A stretch of 35,275 nt of DNA from assembly GCA_028281075.1 (NCBI GenBank), contig JANQKO010000098.1:1-35275 (forward strand), given 5' to 3'. The translations under genes were made by a program, and so were the position numbers. Positions 16,656 through 27,381 of this stretch are shown here, piece after piece; the stretch's first letter is position 1, and each line of letters starts with the position of its first letter. Source of the stretch: Alphaproteobacteria bacterium (lineage in GTDB: Bacteria > Pseudomonadota > Alphaproteobacteria > GCA-2731375). The notes under the pieces were generated by a model. That model had not been told where the DNA came from. It did not search any database and worked only from the letters and a program-made list of their open reading frames with translations.

Positions 16656-17600
16656 ATGATCGGGGACGGCAGGAAATTCGCCGCCATCGGCGAATGCATG
16701 ATCGAGCTCAGCGACCCGCGCGACGGCGGCATGACGCTGGCCTTCGGCGGCGACACGCTGAACACATCAGTCTATCTCGCCCGGCTCGGCGCCGGGGCCG
16801 GGATCGCCGTCGACTACGTGACGGCGCTGGGCGACGATCCCTACAGCGACCAGATGATCGGCGCCTGGCGCCGGGAAGGCCTCGGCACCGGCCACGTCGC
16901 CCGCCTGCCCGGCCGGCTGCCGGGGCTCTACGCCATCCGCACCGACACGGCCGGCGAGCGCTCGTTCTACTACTGGCGCTCGGCCGCCGCCGCGCGCGAC
17001 CTGTTCAAGTCCGCCGAGGCGGACAGGCTCGCCGACCGGCTGCGCGACCACGACATGCTCTATCTCTCGGGCATCACGCTGTCGATCCTGGACGGCGACG
17101 GCCGGGCGGCGCTCACCGATCTGGTGCGCCGGGCGCGCGGCGACGGCGCCGTCATCGCCTTCGACAGCAATTACCGGCCGCGCGGCTGGCCGGAACCCGC
17201 CGAGGCGCGGGCGGTGATGGACGAGATGCTGCGGCACGTCGATATCGCCCTGCCCACGCTCGACGACGAGCAGGCCCTGTCCGGGGTCGCCGACACGGCG
17301 GCCTGCATCGACCGCATCGCGGCGCTGGGCGTGCCCGAAATTGTGGTCAAGGATGGACCGCGGGCCTGCGCGATCCGGCATGACGGCCGGCGGACGGAGG
17401 TCATGCCGACCGCCGTCGCCACGCCGGTCGACACGACGGCGGCCGGCGATTCCTTCAATGCCGGCTATCTGGCGACACGCCTCACGGGCGGCGATCCGGA
17501 AACGGCGGCACGCACCGGCCATCGCCTGGCGGCAGAGGTGATCCGTCACCGCGGCGCCATCATCCCCGCCGCCGCCATGCCGGACATGCCGCTGACGTAG
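16656..17600 (+). CDS. kdgK: 2-dehydro-3-deoxygluconokinase (PfkB family)
   Basis: IGECMIELS, FGGDTLNTSVYLARL, GERSFYYWRS, FDSNYRP and DTTAAGDSFNAGYL; divergent from eda. Confidence 0.93.
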   Translation: MIGDGRKFAAIGECMIELSDPRDGGMTLAFGGDTLNTSVYLARLGAGAGIAVDYVTALGDDPYSDQMIGAWRREGLGTGHVARLPGRLPGLYAIRTDTAGERSFYYWRSAAAARDLFKSAEADRLADRLRDHDMLYLSGITLSILDGDGRAALTDLVRRARGDGAVIAFDSNYRPRGWPEPAEARAVMDEMLRHVDIALPTLDDEQALSGVADTAACIDRIAALGVPEIVVKDGPRACAIRHDGRRTEVMPTAVATPVDTTAAGDSFNAGYLATRLTGGDPETAARTGHRLAAEVIRHRGAIIPAAAMPDMPLT

Positions 17601-17617
17601 CCCACCCGCACGGCGGA

Positions 17618-17706
17618 CTGGATTGCCGGGTCAAGCCCGGCAATGACGGAATGTGTTTGAAATCAATATCTTAACCGTCATGCCCGGACTTGATCCGGGC
17701 ATCCAG
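17618..17706. repeat. Inverted REP dimer (CGTC-tagged type) flanking an IHF consensus site
   Basis: CTGGATTGCCGGGTCAAGCCCGGCAATGACGG ... AATCAATATCTTA (17661-17673) ... CCGTCATGCCCGGACTTGATCCGGGCATCCAG, between convergent genes. Confidence 0.85.
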
Positions 17707-17727
17707 CGACATTGACGGACCGAACCG

Positions 17728-18168
17728 CTACTTCCTGCCGAGATGCATCAGCGCGGCGTCGAGGCCCAGGATATACCCCTTGACGCCGAAGCCGAAGATC
17801 ATGCCGATCGACGGCTCGGCCGTGACCGAGCGCTTGCCCAGACGCTCGATATGGGTGATGTGGGCCTCGACATAGGGCAGGTCGGGCGCGACGGCCAGCA
17901 GGCAGTCGCGCATGGCATAGCCGGCATAGGTCATGCCGGCGGGGTTCATGACCAGCGCGTCGACCCCCCGCTCGACGGCCTGATAGACCCGCTCGATGGC
18001 ATGGCCCTCGACATGGGTATAGAAGATCTCGAGTTCGTAGCCGTTCCCGGCCGCGTGCGCGCGCAGCATATCGTCGAGCTCGGCCGCCGTGGTGGTGCCG
18101 TAGAGCTCGGGCTGACGCTTGCCGAGATAGCTCAAGTTCGGTCCGTTGATGACCAGGATTTTCGTCAC
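17728..18168 (-). CDS. Type II 3-dehydroquinate dehydratase-like protein (divergent AroQ homolog)
   Basis: ILVINGPNLSYLGKRQPELYG, NPAG, YVEAHI and IFGFGVKGY; several canonical motifs are altered. Confidence 0.82.
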   Translation of the reverse strand: MTKILVINGPNLSYLGKRQPELYGTTTAAELDDMLRAHAAGNGYELEIFYTHVEGHAIERVYQAVERGVDALVMNPAGMTYAGYAMRDCLLAVAPDLPYVEAHITHIERLGKRSVTAEPSIGMIFGFGVKGYILGLDAALMHLGRK

Positions 18169-18254
18169 GATCTGCCTCCGCGCGGATCTGCTCGACGGCG
18201 CCGGCCGCGGCGGCTAAACCTAGCGCGAACCAGGGCGTAACGCATCGGGGTCGC

Positions 18255-18956
18255 ATGACGCACGGACTTCCCGGCACCAACGGCCGCCGCCGCATCTACC
18301 TGATGCGGCACGGCGAGGTGCGCTATTTCACTGCCGACGGCAAGCCGGTGAACCCGCACGACGTGCGGCTGACCGAGGCCGGCGAGGCACAGGCGCGGGC
18401 CATGGGCGCGCTGCTGGCCGACGTGCCGTTCGACCGGGCCGCGCATACCGGCCTGCCGCGCACGCGGCAGACGGCGGAGACGGTGCTGAACGGCCGCGAG
18501 GTGCCGCTGGCCCTGGTTGGCGGGCTGCGCGAGATCCGCGTCGGCAAGCTGGTCGACCCGTCGCGCGAGCGGGTCGAGGCCGAGTTCGTCTATGGCATGG
18601 AACGGGCCGCCGAGCCGGGCGCGCGCTTCGCCGACGGCGAGGCCTACGTCAATTTCCAGGCCCGGGTGACGGCGGTGTTCCGGAACCTGCTGCTGCAGCC
18701 GGACTGGACGCGCATGCTGCTGGTGGCGCATGACGGCACCAACCGGACACTGCTGTCATGGGTGACGGGCGCGGGCCTCGCCGGTCTCGGCGCCTTCGAA
18801 CAGGACCCGGGCTGCCTCAACATCATCGACGCCGACGTGATCGACGGCCGCATCGTGCGGCGCATGGTCAAGGCCCTGAACCTGACGCCGACCAATTACA
18901 ACAAGCGCGACAACCACCTGACCAGCATGGAGCAGGTGTTCTTTTGGGATCGCTGA
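18255..18956 (+). CDS. Histidine phosphatase (phosphoglycerate mutase-like) family protein
   Basis: IYLMRHGE, LPRTRQTA, LREI, and LLVAHDG. Confidence 0.9.
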   Translation: MTHGLPGTNGRRRIYLMRHGEVRYFTADGKPVNPHDVRLTEAGEAQARAMGALLADVPFDRAAHTGLPRTRQTAETVLNGREVPLALVGGLREIRVGKLVDPSRERVEAEFVYGMERAAEPGARFADGEAYVNFQARVTAVFRNLLLQPDWTRMLLVAHDGTNRTLLSWVTGAGLAGLGAFEQDPGCLNIIDADVIDGRIVRRMVKALNLTPTNYNKRDNHLTSMEQVFFWDR

Positions 18957-20089
18957 CGCCGCTCGCCCTCGGCCTCGCGCTGGCCGGCATGGCGGCCGGT
19001 GCCGCGGGCGCGGGCACCGGGACGGCGCCCGCCGATATCGGCGACGACTGGCCGGTCTCGACACTGGCGGCCGAAGGTCTCGATCCCGGACCGGTCGCGG
19101 CCCTGCTCGAACGGATCGACGACGGCGGTTATACGGGCATCGACAGCTTCACGCTCGCTCGGCACGGCAAGCTGCTGGTCGACCGGTATTACGGCGACTT
19201 CACGCCCGAGCGCCTGCACGAGACGCGGTCGGCGTTCAAAAGCATTACCGGCCTGCTGGCCGGCATCGCCATCGACGAGGGCTTCCTGCGCCTGGAGGAC
19301 CCGGTCCTGCCGCTGATCGCCCGCTTCCACACGCCGGCCGACGCCGCCGACAAGCAGGCGATCACGGTCCGCGACCTGCTGCAGATGTCGTCCGGCTTCG
19401 ACTGCGCCGAGATGCCGGGCCGCGAGCCGTTTCGCGAGGCGAAGATCAACAAGAGTGCCGATATACTGGCCGGGCATTTCGGGCTGCCGATGACGGACAC
19501 GCCCGGCACGCGCTGGCGCTATTGCTCGTCCAACACCTACCTGCTGGGCATCGCGCTGAAGTCGGCGCTGATCGGGCACTTGCATTTCAGCATGCAGGCC
19601 TATCTCGACAAGCGGCTGTTCTGGCCGCTGGGCATCATCGCCTATCGCCCGGGCGGCTACGGCTCGACCCATCTGGCGATGCATGGCGGTGCCCGCATGC
19701 GGCCGCGCGATCTCGCCAAGATCGGACAGTTGCTGGTGGCCGGCGGGCGCTGGCGGGACCGGCAGGTGGTGCCGGCCGCTTGGATCGCGGCGATCCTGGT
19801 GGACGGCGTCGAGACGGACTGGTCATGGACCCGGACGCTGGTCGACGGGCCGGCGTTCCGGCGGCCGTCGCGCTATCAGTATCAGTGGTTCCAGACCGAC
19901 CTGCCCGTCGGCGGGCGCGACGTCCGGCTGGTGCATGGCTGGGGCAACGGCGGCCAGTTCGTCGTCGCCGTCCCGGCCTACGAGCTTGTCGTCGTCACGA
20001 CCGGCAGCAACTTCGGCTTCCGCAAGCTGGGGAAGCAGAAGCAGATTTTCGACATGCTGTATCGGTATGTGCTGCCGGCGGTGCGGTAA
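18944..20089 (+). CDS. Exported serine hydrolase (beta-lactamase / NylB-like family)
   Basis: SxxK (RSAFKS), LLQMSSG, WRYCS, PRDLAKIG and WGNGGQ, with a signal-like N-terminus. TTG start at 18944 is inferred and overlaps the upstream stop. Confidence 0.85.
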   Translation: MGSLTPLALGLALAGMAAGAAGAGTGTAPADIGDDWPVSTLAAEGLDPGPVAALLERIDDGGYTGIDSFTLARHGKLLVDRYYGDFTPERLHETRSAFKSITGLLAGIAIDEGFLRLEDPVLPLIARFHTPADAADKQAITVRDLLQMSSGFDCAEMPGREPFREAKINKSADILAGHFGLPMTDTPGTRWRYCSSNTYLLGIALKSALIGHLHFSMQAYLDKRLFWPLGIIAYRPGGYGSTHLAMHGGARMRPRDLAKIGQLLVAGGRWRDRQVVPAAWIAAILVDGVETDWSWTRTLVDGPAFRRPSRYQYQWFQTDLPVGGRDVRLVHGWGNGGQFVVAVPAYELVVVTTGSNFGFRKLGKQKQIFDMLYRYVLPAVR

Positions 20090-20101
20090 GAACTAAGCGT
20101 T

Positions 20102-22189
<2,088 letters not shown>

Positions 22190-22325
22190 GTCGCGACTCT
22201 CCCCAGATGTGCGGAATGGCTGTGCCGTTGGCCAGCTTGATCATCTGCATAACATGAAAGCGGGATGTTTGCCTTGGGTCAAAAGGCCTAGTATGCGGGC
22301 ACGACGACAGCCAGACGGGGAACGG

Positions 22326-22961
22326 ATGATGGACGCAACGGCAGACCAGGACAGGGTCGAGACCGAGGATGAATTACGCGGCCGGTACGGCAAGGTCTCG
22401 CCGCTGGCGGCGAAGAAGTCGCTGCCGCGGATCGATCCGCATATCCGCCACTTCATCGGCCTGTCGCCGTTCTGCTGCATCGCCACCTCGCGGCCCGACG
22501 GCGGCGCCGACAATTCGCCGCGCGGCGACGCGCCGGGCTTCGTGGCCATGCCCGACGACCGCACGCTGCTGATCCCGGACCGGCCGGGCAACAATCGCCT
22601 CGACACGATGTCGAACATCATCGCCAATCCGAAGGTTGGCCTGATCTTCTTCATTCCCGGCGTCGACGAGACCGTGCGGGTGAACGGCCGGGCCTCGATC
22701 ACCGAGGACCCCGATCTGCTCGCCGGCATGGCGGTCAACGGCAAGACACCGAAGACGGCGATCCGCATCGACGTCGAGGAGGCGTTCCTGCACTGCTCGA
22801 AGGCGCTCAGGCGGGCGAAGCTGTGGCACGCGGACTACAAGATCGATCGCAAGACGCTGCCGACGCTGGGCCAAATGATCACCGACCAGGTCGAGACCGG
22901 CATGACCGCGGACGAGGCCGAAGCGCGCGTCCAGGACAGCATCAAGAAGACGATGTACTGA
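22326..22961 (+). CDS. Pyridoxamine 5'-phosphate oxidase-like FMN-binding protein (MSMEG_1061 type)
   Basis: SPRGDAPGFV, IPDRPGNNRLDT, IPGVDETVRVNG, and FLHCSKALRRAKLW. Confidence 0.9.
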   Translation: MMDATADQDRVETEDELRGRYGKVSPLAAKKSLPRIDPHIRHFIGLSPFCCIATSRPDGGADNSPRGDAPGFVAMPDDRTLLIPDRPGNNRLDTMSNIIANPKVGLIFFIPGVDETVRVNGRASITEDPDLLAGMAVNGKTPKTAIRIDVEEAFLHCSKALRRAKLWHADYKIDRKTLPTLGQMITDQVETGMTADEAEARVQDSIKKTMY

Positions 22962-23512
22962 TGCCGGCGCGGCTCTATCTGGTGCGGCACGGCAAGGCCG
23001 CCGCCGGCTGGGACGCCGATGCCGACCCCGGCCTGGACGAGACCGGCCGGGCGCAGGCCGAAGCGATGGCGGCGCGGCTGGCCGACCTGGGGCCGTTGCC
23101 GATCGTCTGCAGCCCGCTCCGGCGCACGCGCGAAACGGCCGTGCCACTGGAAACGCGCTGGCAGGCACGGGCCGTGATCGATCCGGCGGTCGCCGAGGTG
23201 CCGAGCCCAAGCGACGATCTGGCCGCGCGCGGCGACTGGCTGCGCGGCATCATGGCCGGGACCTGGGCACAGGCCGGCGACGGACTGGCGCCGTGGCGGC
23301 AGGGCGTGATCGACCGGCTGACGTCGTTTGCCGAGGATACCGTGGTGGTCAGCCACTTCATCGCCATCAACGTCGCCGTCGGCGCGGCCACGGGCGACGA
23401 TCGGGTTGTCGGCTTCCGGCCGGACAACTGCTCGGTGACGGTGCTGGAGAGCGAAGGATCGGTGTTACGCCTGGTTGAGCGCGGGGCGGAGGCGGTGACG
23501 GAGGTGCGGTAG
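22961..23512 (+). CDS. Histidine phosphatase family protein
   Basis: LYLVRHGKA, SPLRRTRETA and VVSHF; TGATG coupling to the upstream gene. Confidence 0.9.
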   Translation: MPARLYLVRHGKAAAGWDADADPGLDETGRAQAEAMAARLADLGPLPIVCSPLRRTRETAVPLETRWQARAVIDPAVAEVPSPSDDLAARGDWLRGIMAGTWAQAGDGLAPWRQGVIDRLTSFAEDTVVVSHFIAINVAVGAATGDDRVVGFRPDNCSVTVLESEGSVLRLVERGAEAVTEVR

Positions 23513-23525
23513 GTTGGCATCGCCG

Positions 23526-23604
23526 TAGCCCTCACCCTCCCACGAGCTGACACTCGCGGGTCCCTCCCTCTCCCGCAAGCGGGAGAGGGTTGGGGTGAGG
23601 GCTA
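23526..23604. repeat. Palindromic intergenic repeat (CCCTCACCC...CCCTCTCCCGCAAGCGGGAGAGGG type), possible bidirectional terminator
   Basis: Outer arms TAGCCCTCACCC / GGGTGAGGGCTA enclose the hairpin CCCTCTCCCGC-AA-GCGGGAGAGGG. Fills the gap between convergent genes. Confidence 0.8.
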
Positions 23605-25701
23605 GTTTTTCGGGACGATCAGCGCGTCGACCGCCACCGCGCCCTTCTCCAGCACCAGGAACGGGTTGACGTCGATGCTGTCGACCGTGTCTCGGTTGTC
23701 GTGGGCGAAGACGGAGAGGCGGACGAGGGCTTCGGCGAGCGCGTCGAGGTCGGCCGGGGCCTGGCCGCGGACGCCTTCCAGCATGGCGAAGCCCTTGACC
23801 TCGCGGATCATGCGGTGGGCCTCGTCGAGGCCGAAGGGCGCGACGCGGTAGGTGACGTCCTTCAGCACCTCGACGAACACGCCGCCGAGGCCGAACAGCA
23901 CGACCGGGCCGAACACCGGATCGGTGTAGGTGCCCAAGATGGTCTCGACACCGCCGCCGACCATGGGCGCGACCAGCACGCCGTCGATGGCGGCATCCGG
24001 CTGCTTCAAACCGACCGAGTCCATGATCGCGGCATAAGCGGCCTCGACATCGGCCGCCGAGCCCAGGTTCAGGCGCACGCCGCCGACATCTGATTTGTGC
24101 TGGATCGCCGCCGAGACGACCTTCATGACCACAGGATAGCCGAGCGCGTCGGCCGCGGCCGCGGCCGCGGCCGCGGACGTCGCGAGCCGGGTCTCGACCA
24201 CGGGCAGGCCGGCGTCCGACAGCAGCGTCGCCGCCTCGACCTCGCTCAGGCTCGCCGCCGGGGCCGGCCGGGCCGTGGCGGGCGGCGGCAGCGGCGCCTG
24301 CGGCGCGGGCCGCGCAAAATTTTCGCCAAATCCGGCCATGGCGGCGATCGCCTCGATAGCGCGCGAGGGGTCCTCGACGACCAGGTAGCCGTGGCTTTCG
24401 AGCATGGTGACGTCGTCGGGCTTGGCCAGCATGGACAGCACGATCAGCCGGTTGGGATAGGCGGCCCGCATGGCCGGCAGCAGCTCGCGCATCTGCGACA
24501 TCATGCGCTCGCCGAAGCCGACGCTGGTCAGGAACACCATGACCGCGTCACAGTCGCCGTGGTCGAGGATTACCTCCATGTTGCGCTTCAGCAGGTTGAC
24601 GTCGTTCAGCATCTGCGCCGTGGTGTCGACCGGGTTGCGCACGGCGGCGAACGGCATCAGCGCCTTGAGCTCGGCCTGGGCCTTCTCGGGCAGGGCCGGC
24701 ACCTCCAGGCCGCAGGCCGCCGCCGTGTCGCTCGACAGCACGCCGACACCGCCGGAGATGGTGACGATGCCGAGCCGGCGGCCGGCCGGGAACTTGCCCG
24801 CGGCGCAGGCACCGGCCATCAGCATCATCTCGTCCAGCGAATGCACGCGGTAGGCGCCGTATTGCCGGAAGATGGCGTCGAACACGGCGTCGGCCCCGGC
24901 GAGCGAGGCCGTATGCGTGCTGGCGGCGATGGCGCCCACATCGGACGCGCCGACCTTCATGACGATGACGGGCTTGCCGTGCCGGCGGGCCGACTCGAGC
25001 GCCGCGATCAGCCGGTCGGGATGCTTGCAGCCTTCCATGTAGACGACGATCACCTTGGTCTCGGGATCTTCGGCGCCGTAGGAGATGCAGTCGGCCACGT
25101 CGACGTCGCATTCGTTGCCGGTGGTGGCGAAGGCGCGCAGGCCGATGCCGCGCTCGCGCGCCAGCACCAGGATATGCGAGCCGACGGCGCCGCTCTGGCT
25201 GAACACGGTGATGCCGCCGGGCCGCGGCCAGCCATGCTCGAAGGCCGACGAAAAGGTGCCGATGGCACGGCTGTGCACGTTCAGCATGCCCATGCAGTTC
25301 GGGCCCATGATGCGCATGCCCGAGGTCCGGGCGATCTCGCTGAGCTGGTCCTGCCATTGCCGGCCCTGCTCGTCGACCTCGGCGAAGCTGGAGCTGAAGA
25401 TCGCCATCGAGCGCACGCCGGCCTCGACGCAGCCCCTGGCGGCATCGACCACGAAGGGCGCCGGCAGCGAGACCACGGCGACGTCAACCGGCTCGGGGAT
25501 GTCGCGCACGTCGGCATAGGCGGTCAGGCCCTGGATCTCGCCGCCCTTCGGATTGACCGGGAAGATCTTGCCGGTATAGCCGCCCTCCAGCATGTAGCGG
25601 ATCGGCCGGCCGCCGAACTTGTGCACGTCGTTGGACGCGCCGAGGATGGCCATGGTCCGGGGATCGATCAGGGGGTCGAGCGAATGGGTCGTGCGGTTCA
25701 C
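23602..25701 (-). CDS. ADP-forming acyl-CoA synthetase (acetate--CoA ligase family; fused CoA-binding, ligase and ATP-grasp domains)
   Basis: ILGAS, PVNPK, GPNCMG, SQSGA, TGNECD, ASTHTASLAG (phospho-His), NPVD, HKSDVGGV, FGPVVLFGLGG and DVNP. Confidence 0.92.
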   Translation of the reverse strand: MNRTTHSLDPLIDPRTMAILGASNDVHKFGGRPIRYMLEGGYTGKIFPVNPKGGEIQGLTAYADVRDIPEPVDVAVVSLPAPFVVDAARGCVEAGVRSMAIFSSSFAEVDEQGRQWQDQLSEIARTSGMRIMGPNCMGMLNVHSRAIGTFSSAFEHGWPRPGGITVFSQSGAVGSHILVLARERGIGLRAFATTGNECDVDVADCISYGAEDPETKVIVVYMEGCKHPDRLIAALESARRHGKPVIVMKVGASDVGAIAASTHTASLAGADAVFDAIFRQYGAYRVHSLDEMMLMAGACAAGKFPAGRRLGIVTISGGVGVLSSDTAAACGLEVPALPEKAQAELKALMPFAAVRNPVDTTAQMLNDVNLLKRNMEVILDHGDCDAVMVFLTSVGFGERMMSQMRELLPAMRAAYPNRLIVLSMLAKPDDVTMLESHGYLVVEDPSRAIEAIAAMAGFGENFARPAPQAPLPPPATARPAPAASLSEVEAATLLSDAGLPVVETRLATSAAAAAAAADALGYPVVMKVVSAAIQHKSDVGGVRLNLGSAADVEAAYAAIMDSVGLKQPDAAIDGVLVAPMVGGGVETILGTYTDPVFGPVVLFGLGGVFVEVLKDVTYRVAPFGLDEAHRMIREVKGFAMLEGVRGQAPADLDALAEALVRLSVFAHDNRDTVDSIDVNPFLVLEKGAVAVDALIVPKN

Positions 25702-25730
25702 GGGCGTTACAGATCCGGTTTCTTGTTGAC

Positions 25731-27380
25731 TCAGTGGCCGCGGAGGCCGGCGATGGTGGCGTAGGCCGATATGTGATCGAGGCTGCTGCGCACGTCAACC
25801 ACCACCGGACCGTCGGCCGCCAGCGCCCGGTCGATCACGCCGGCCGCCTGGTCCGGCGTCTCGACGGTCAGGCCGGTGGCGCCGAAGGCCCGCGCCAGCG
25901 CGGCGAAGTCGGGGTTCACGAGGTCGGTGGCGATGGTACGGCCGGGGAACTGCTTCTCCTGGTGCAGCCGGATGGTGCCATAGGCGCCGTTGTTGGAGAC
26001 GATCAGGCAGATCCGCGTGCCTTCCTTGACGGCTGTCGCCAGCTCGTTGCCGGTCATCAGGAAGCCGCCGTCACCGATCAGCGCGACGACCTGCCGGTCG
26101 GGCTGGCGCAGGGCGGCGGCGACGGCGGCCGGCACGCCCAGGCCCATGGCGCCGGTGACGGCGCCGAGCAGCAGGTTGGTTTCCTTGAACGGATAGTGGC
26201 GGTGCAGCCAGCTACTGAAATTGCCGGCGTCCGTGATCAGAATGGCGTCGTCGTCCAGCCGGTCGATCAGCGGCCGCACGACATGGCCGAAATCGACGCC
26301 GTCGGTGGCGTCGCGCGGCGTCCAGGCCGCGAGCCCGGTATGGATCGCGTGCAGCCGCGCGTTCCAGTCGGCCCGGCCCGCGGGCGCCGGCGGGGCGTTG
26401 CGTTCGGCCAGCGCGGCCACGAACCCGCCGGCATCGGCGACCATGGCATGCGTCGCCGGAAACACGGCGCCGATGGCGGCCGCGTCGGGATAGACATGCA
26501 CCAGCGGCTGTTCGGGCTTCGGCAGGGTGTAGCCCTGGGTGGTGATATCGCCCAGGCGCGTGCCGACGGCCAGCACCAGATCGGCCTCGGCCAGGGCCTC
26601 GCCCAAGGCCGGCGGGATGCCGTAGCCGAGATGGCCGGCATAGTTCGGGTGCTCGTTCGGGAACAGGTCCTGGCGCTTGAAGCTGGGCGCGACGGCGAGC
26701 GACCAGGCCTCCGAGCAGGCCAGCAGCGATTTCCGCGCCGCCGGCTGGTTCAGCATGCCGCCGGCGATCAGCACCGGCCGCTTGGCTTCGGCCAGCAGGT
26801 CGGCGACGGTGCTGACATCGGCCTCGGCCGGCAGCGGCCGGGGCCGCGGCCGGGCGGGCATGGCCGGCGCGGCGCAGGGCTGCTCCAGCATGTCTTCCGG
26901 CAGCGAGACGATGACCGGGCCGGGCGTGCCGCTCTCGGCGATGTGGTAGGCGCGGGCCGCCACTTCCGGCAGCCGCTCGGGGTCGTGCACCTCCTCGACG
27001 GCCTTGGCCATGTCGGAGAAGGTCTTGGCGTAGTTCACTTCCTGGAAGGCGCCGCGGCCGAAATCCTTGCGCTCGATCTGGCCGATGAAGAAGACCACGG
27101 GCACGGCGTCCTGGTCGGCGGTATGCACGGCGATGGACGCGTTGGTGGCGCCCGGCCCACGGCTGACGAAGCAGGTACCGGCCCGGCCGGTGATCCTGGC
27201 GTCGGCCAGCGCCATGAAGCCGGCGCCGGATTCGTGCCGGCAGGTGACGACCTGGATCGCCGTCTCGCCGACCAGCGAATCCAGCACGGCGATATAGCTC
27301 TCGCCCGGCACGCAAAAGACCCGGTCGACGCCCTGCCCGACCAGGGTCTCGACCAACGCATCCGCCGCACTCCGACTCAT
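25731..27380 (-). CDS. Thiamine diphosphate-dependent enzyme (acetolactate synthase-like)
   Basis: FCVPGESY, CRHESGAGFMA, SRGPGATNA, AFQE, ThDP motif GDGGFLMTGNE...NN, and YGTIRLHQE. ATG at 27380. Confidence 0.92.
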   Translation of the reverse strand: MSRSAADALVETLVGQGVDRVFCVPGESYIAVLDSLVGETAIQVVTCRHESGAGFMALADARITGRAGTCFVSRGPGATNASIAVHTADQDAVPVVFFIGQIERKDFGRGAFQEVNYAKTFSDMAKAVEEVHDPERLPEVAARAYHIAESGTPGPVIVSLPEDMLEQPCAAPAMPARPRPRPLPAEADVSTVADLLAEAKRPVLIAGGMLNQPAARKSLLACSEAWSLAVAPSFKRQDLFPNEHPNYAGHLGYGIPPALGEALAEADLVLAVGTRLGDITTQGYTLPKPEQPLVHVYPDAAAIGAVFPATHAMVADAGGFVAALAERNAPPAPAGRADWNARLHAIHTGLAAWTPRDATDGVDFGHVVRPLIDRLDDDAILITDAGNFSSWLHRHYPFKETNLLLGAVTGAMGLGVPAAVAAALRQPDRQVVALIGDGGFLMTGNELATAVKEGTRICLIVSNNGAYGTIRLHQEKQFPGRTIATDLVNPDFAALARAFGATGLTVETPDQAAGVIDRALAADGPVVVDVRSSLDHISAYATIAGLRGH

Positions 27381-27381
27381 C

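Noticed and set aside
12689..20089. Antibiotic-resistance beta-lactamases
   Set aside because: Both SxxK proteins lack the KTG motif (GNRGQ / WGNGGQ instead) and resemble esterase/amidase members of the fold.
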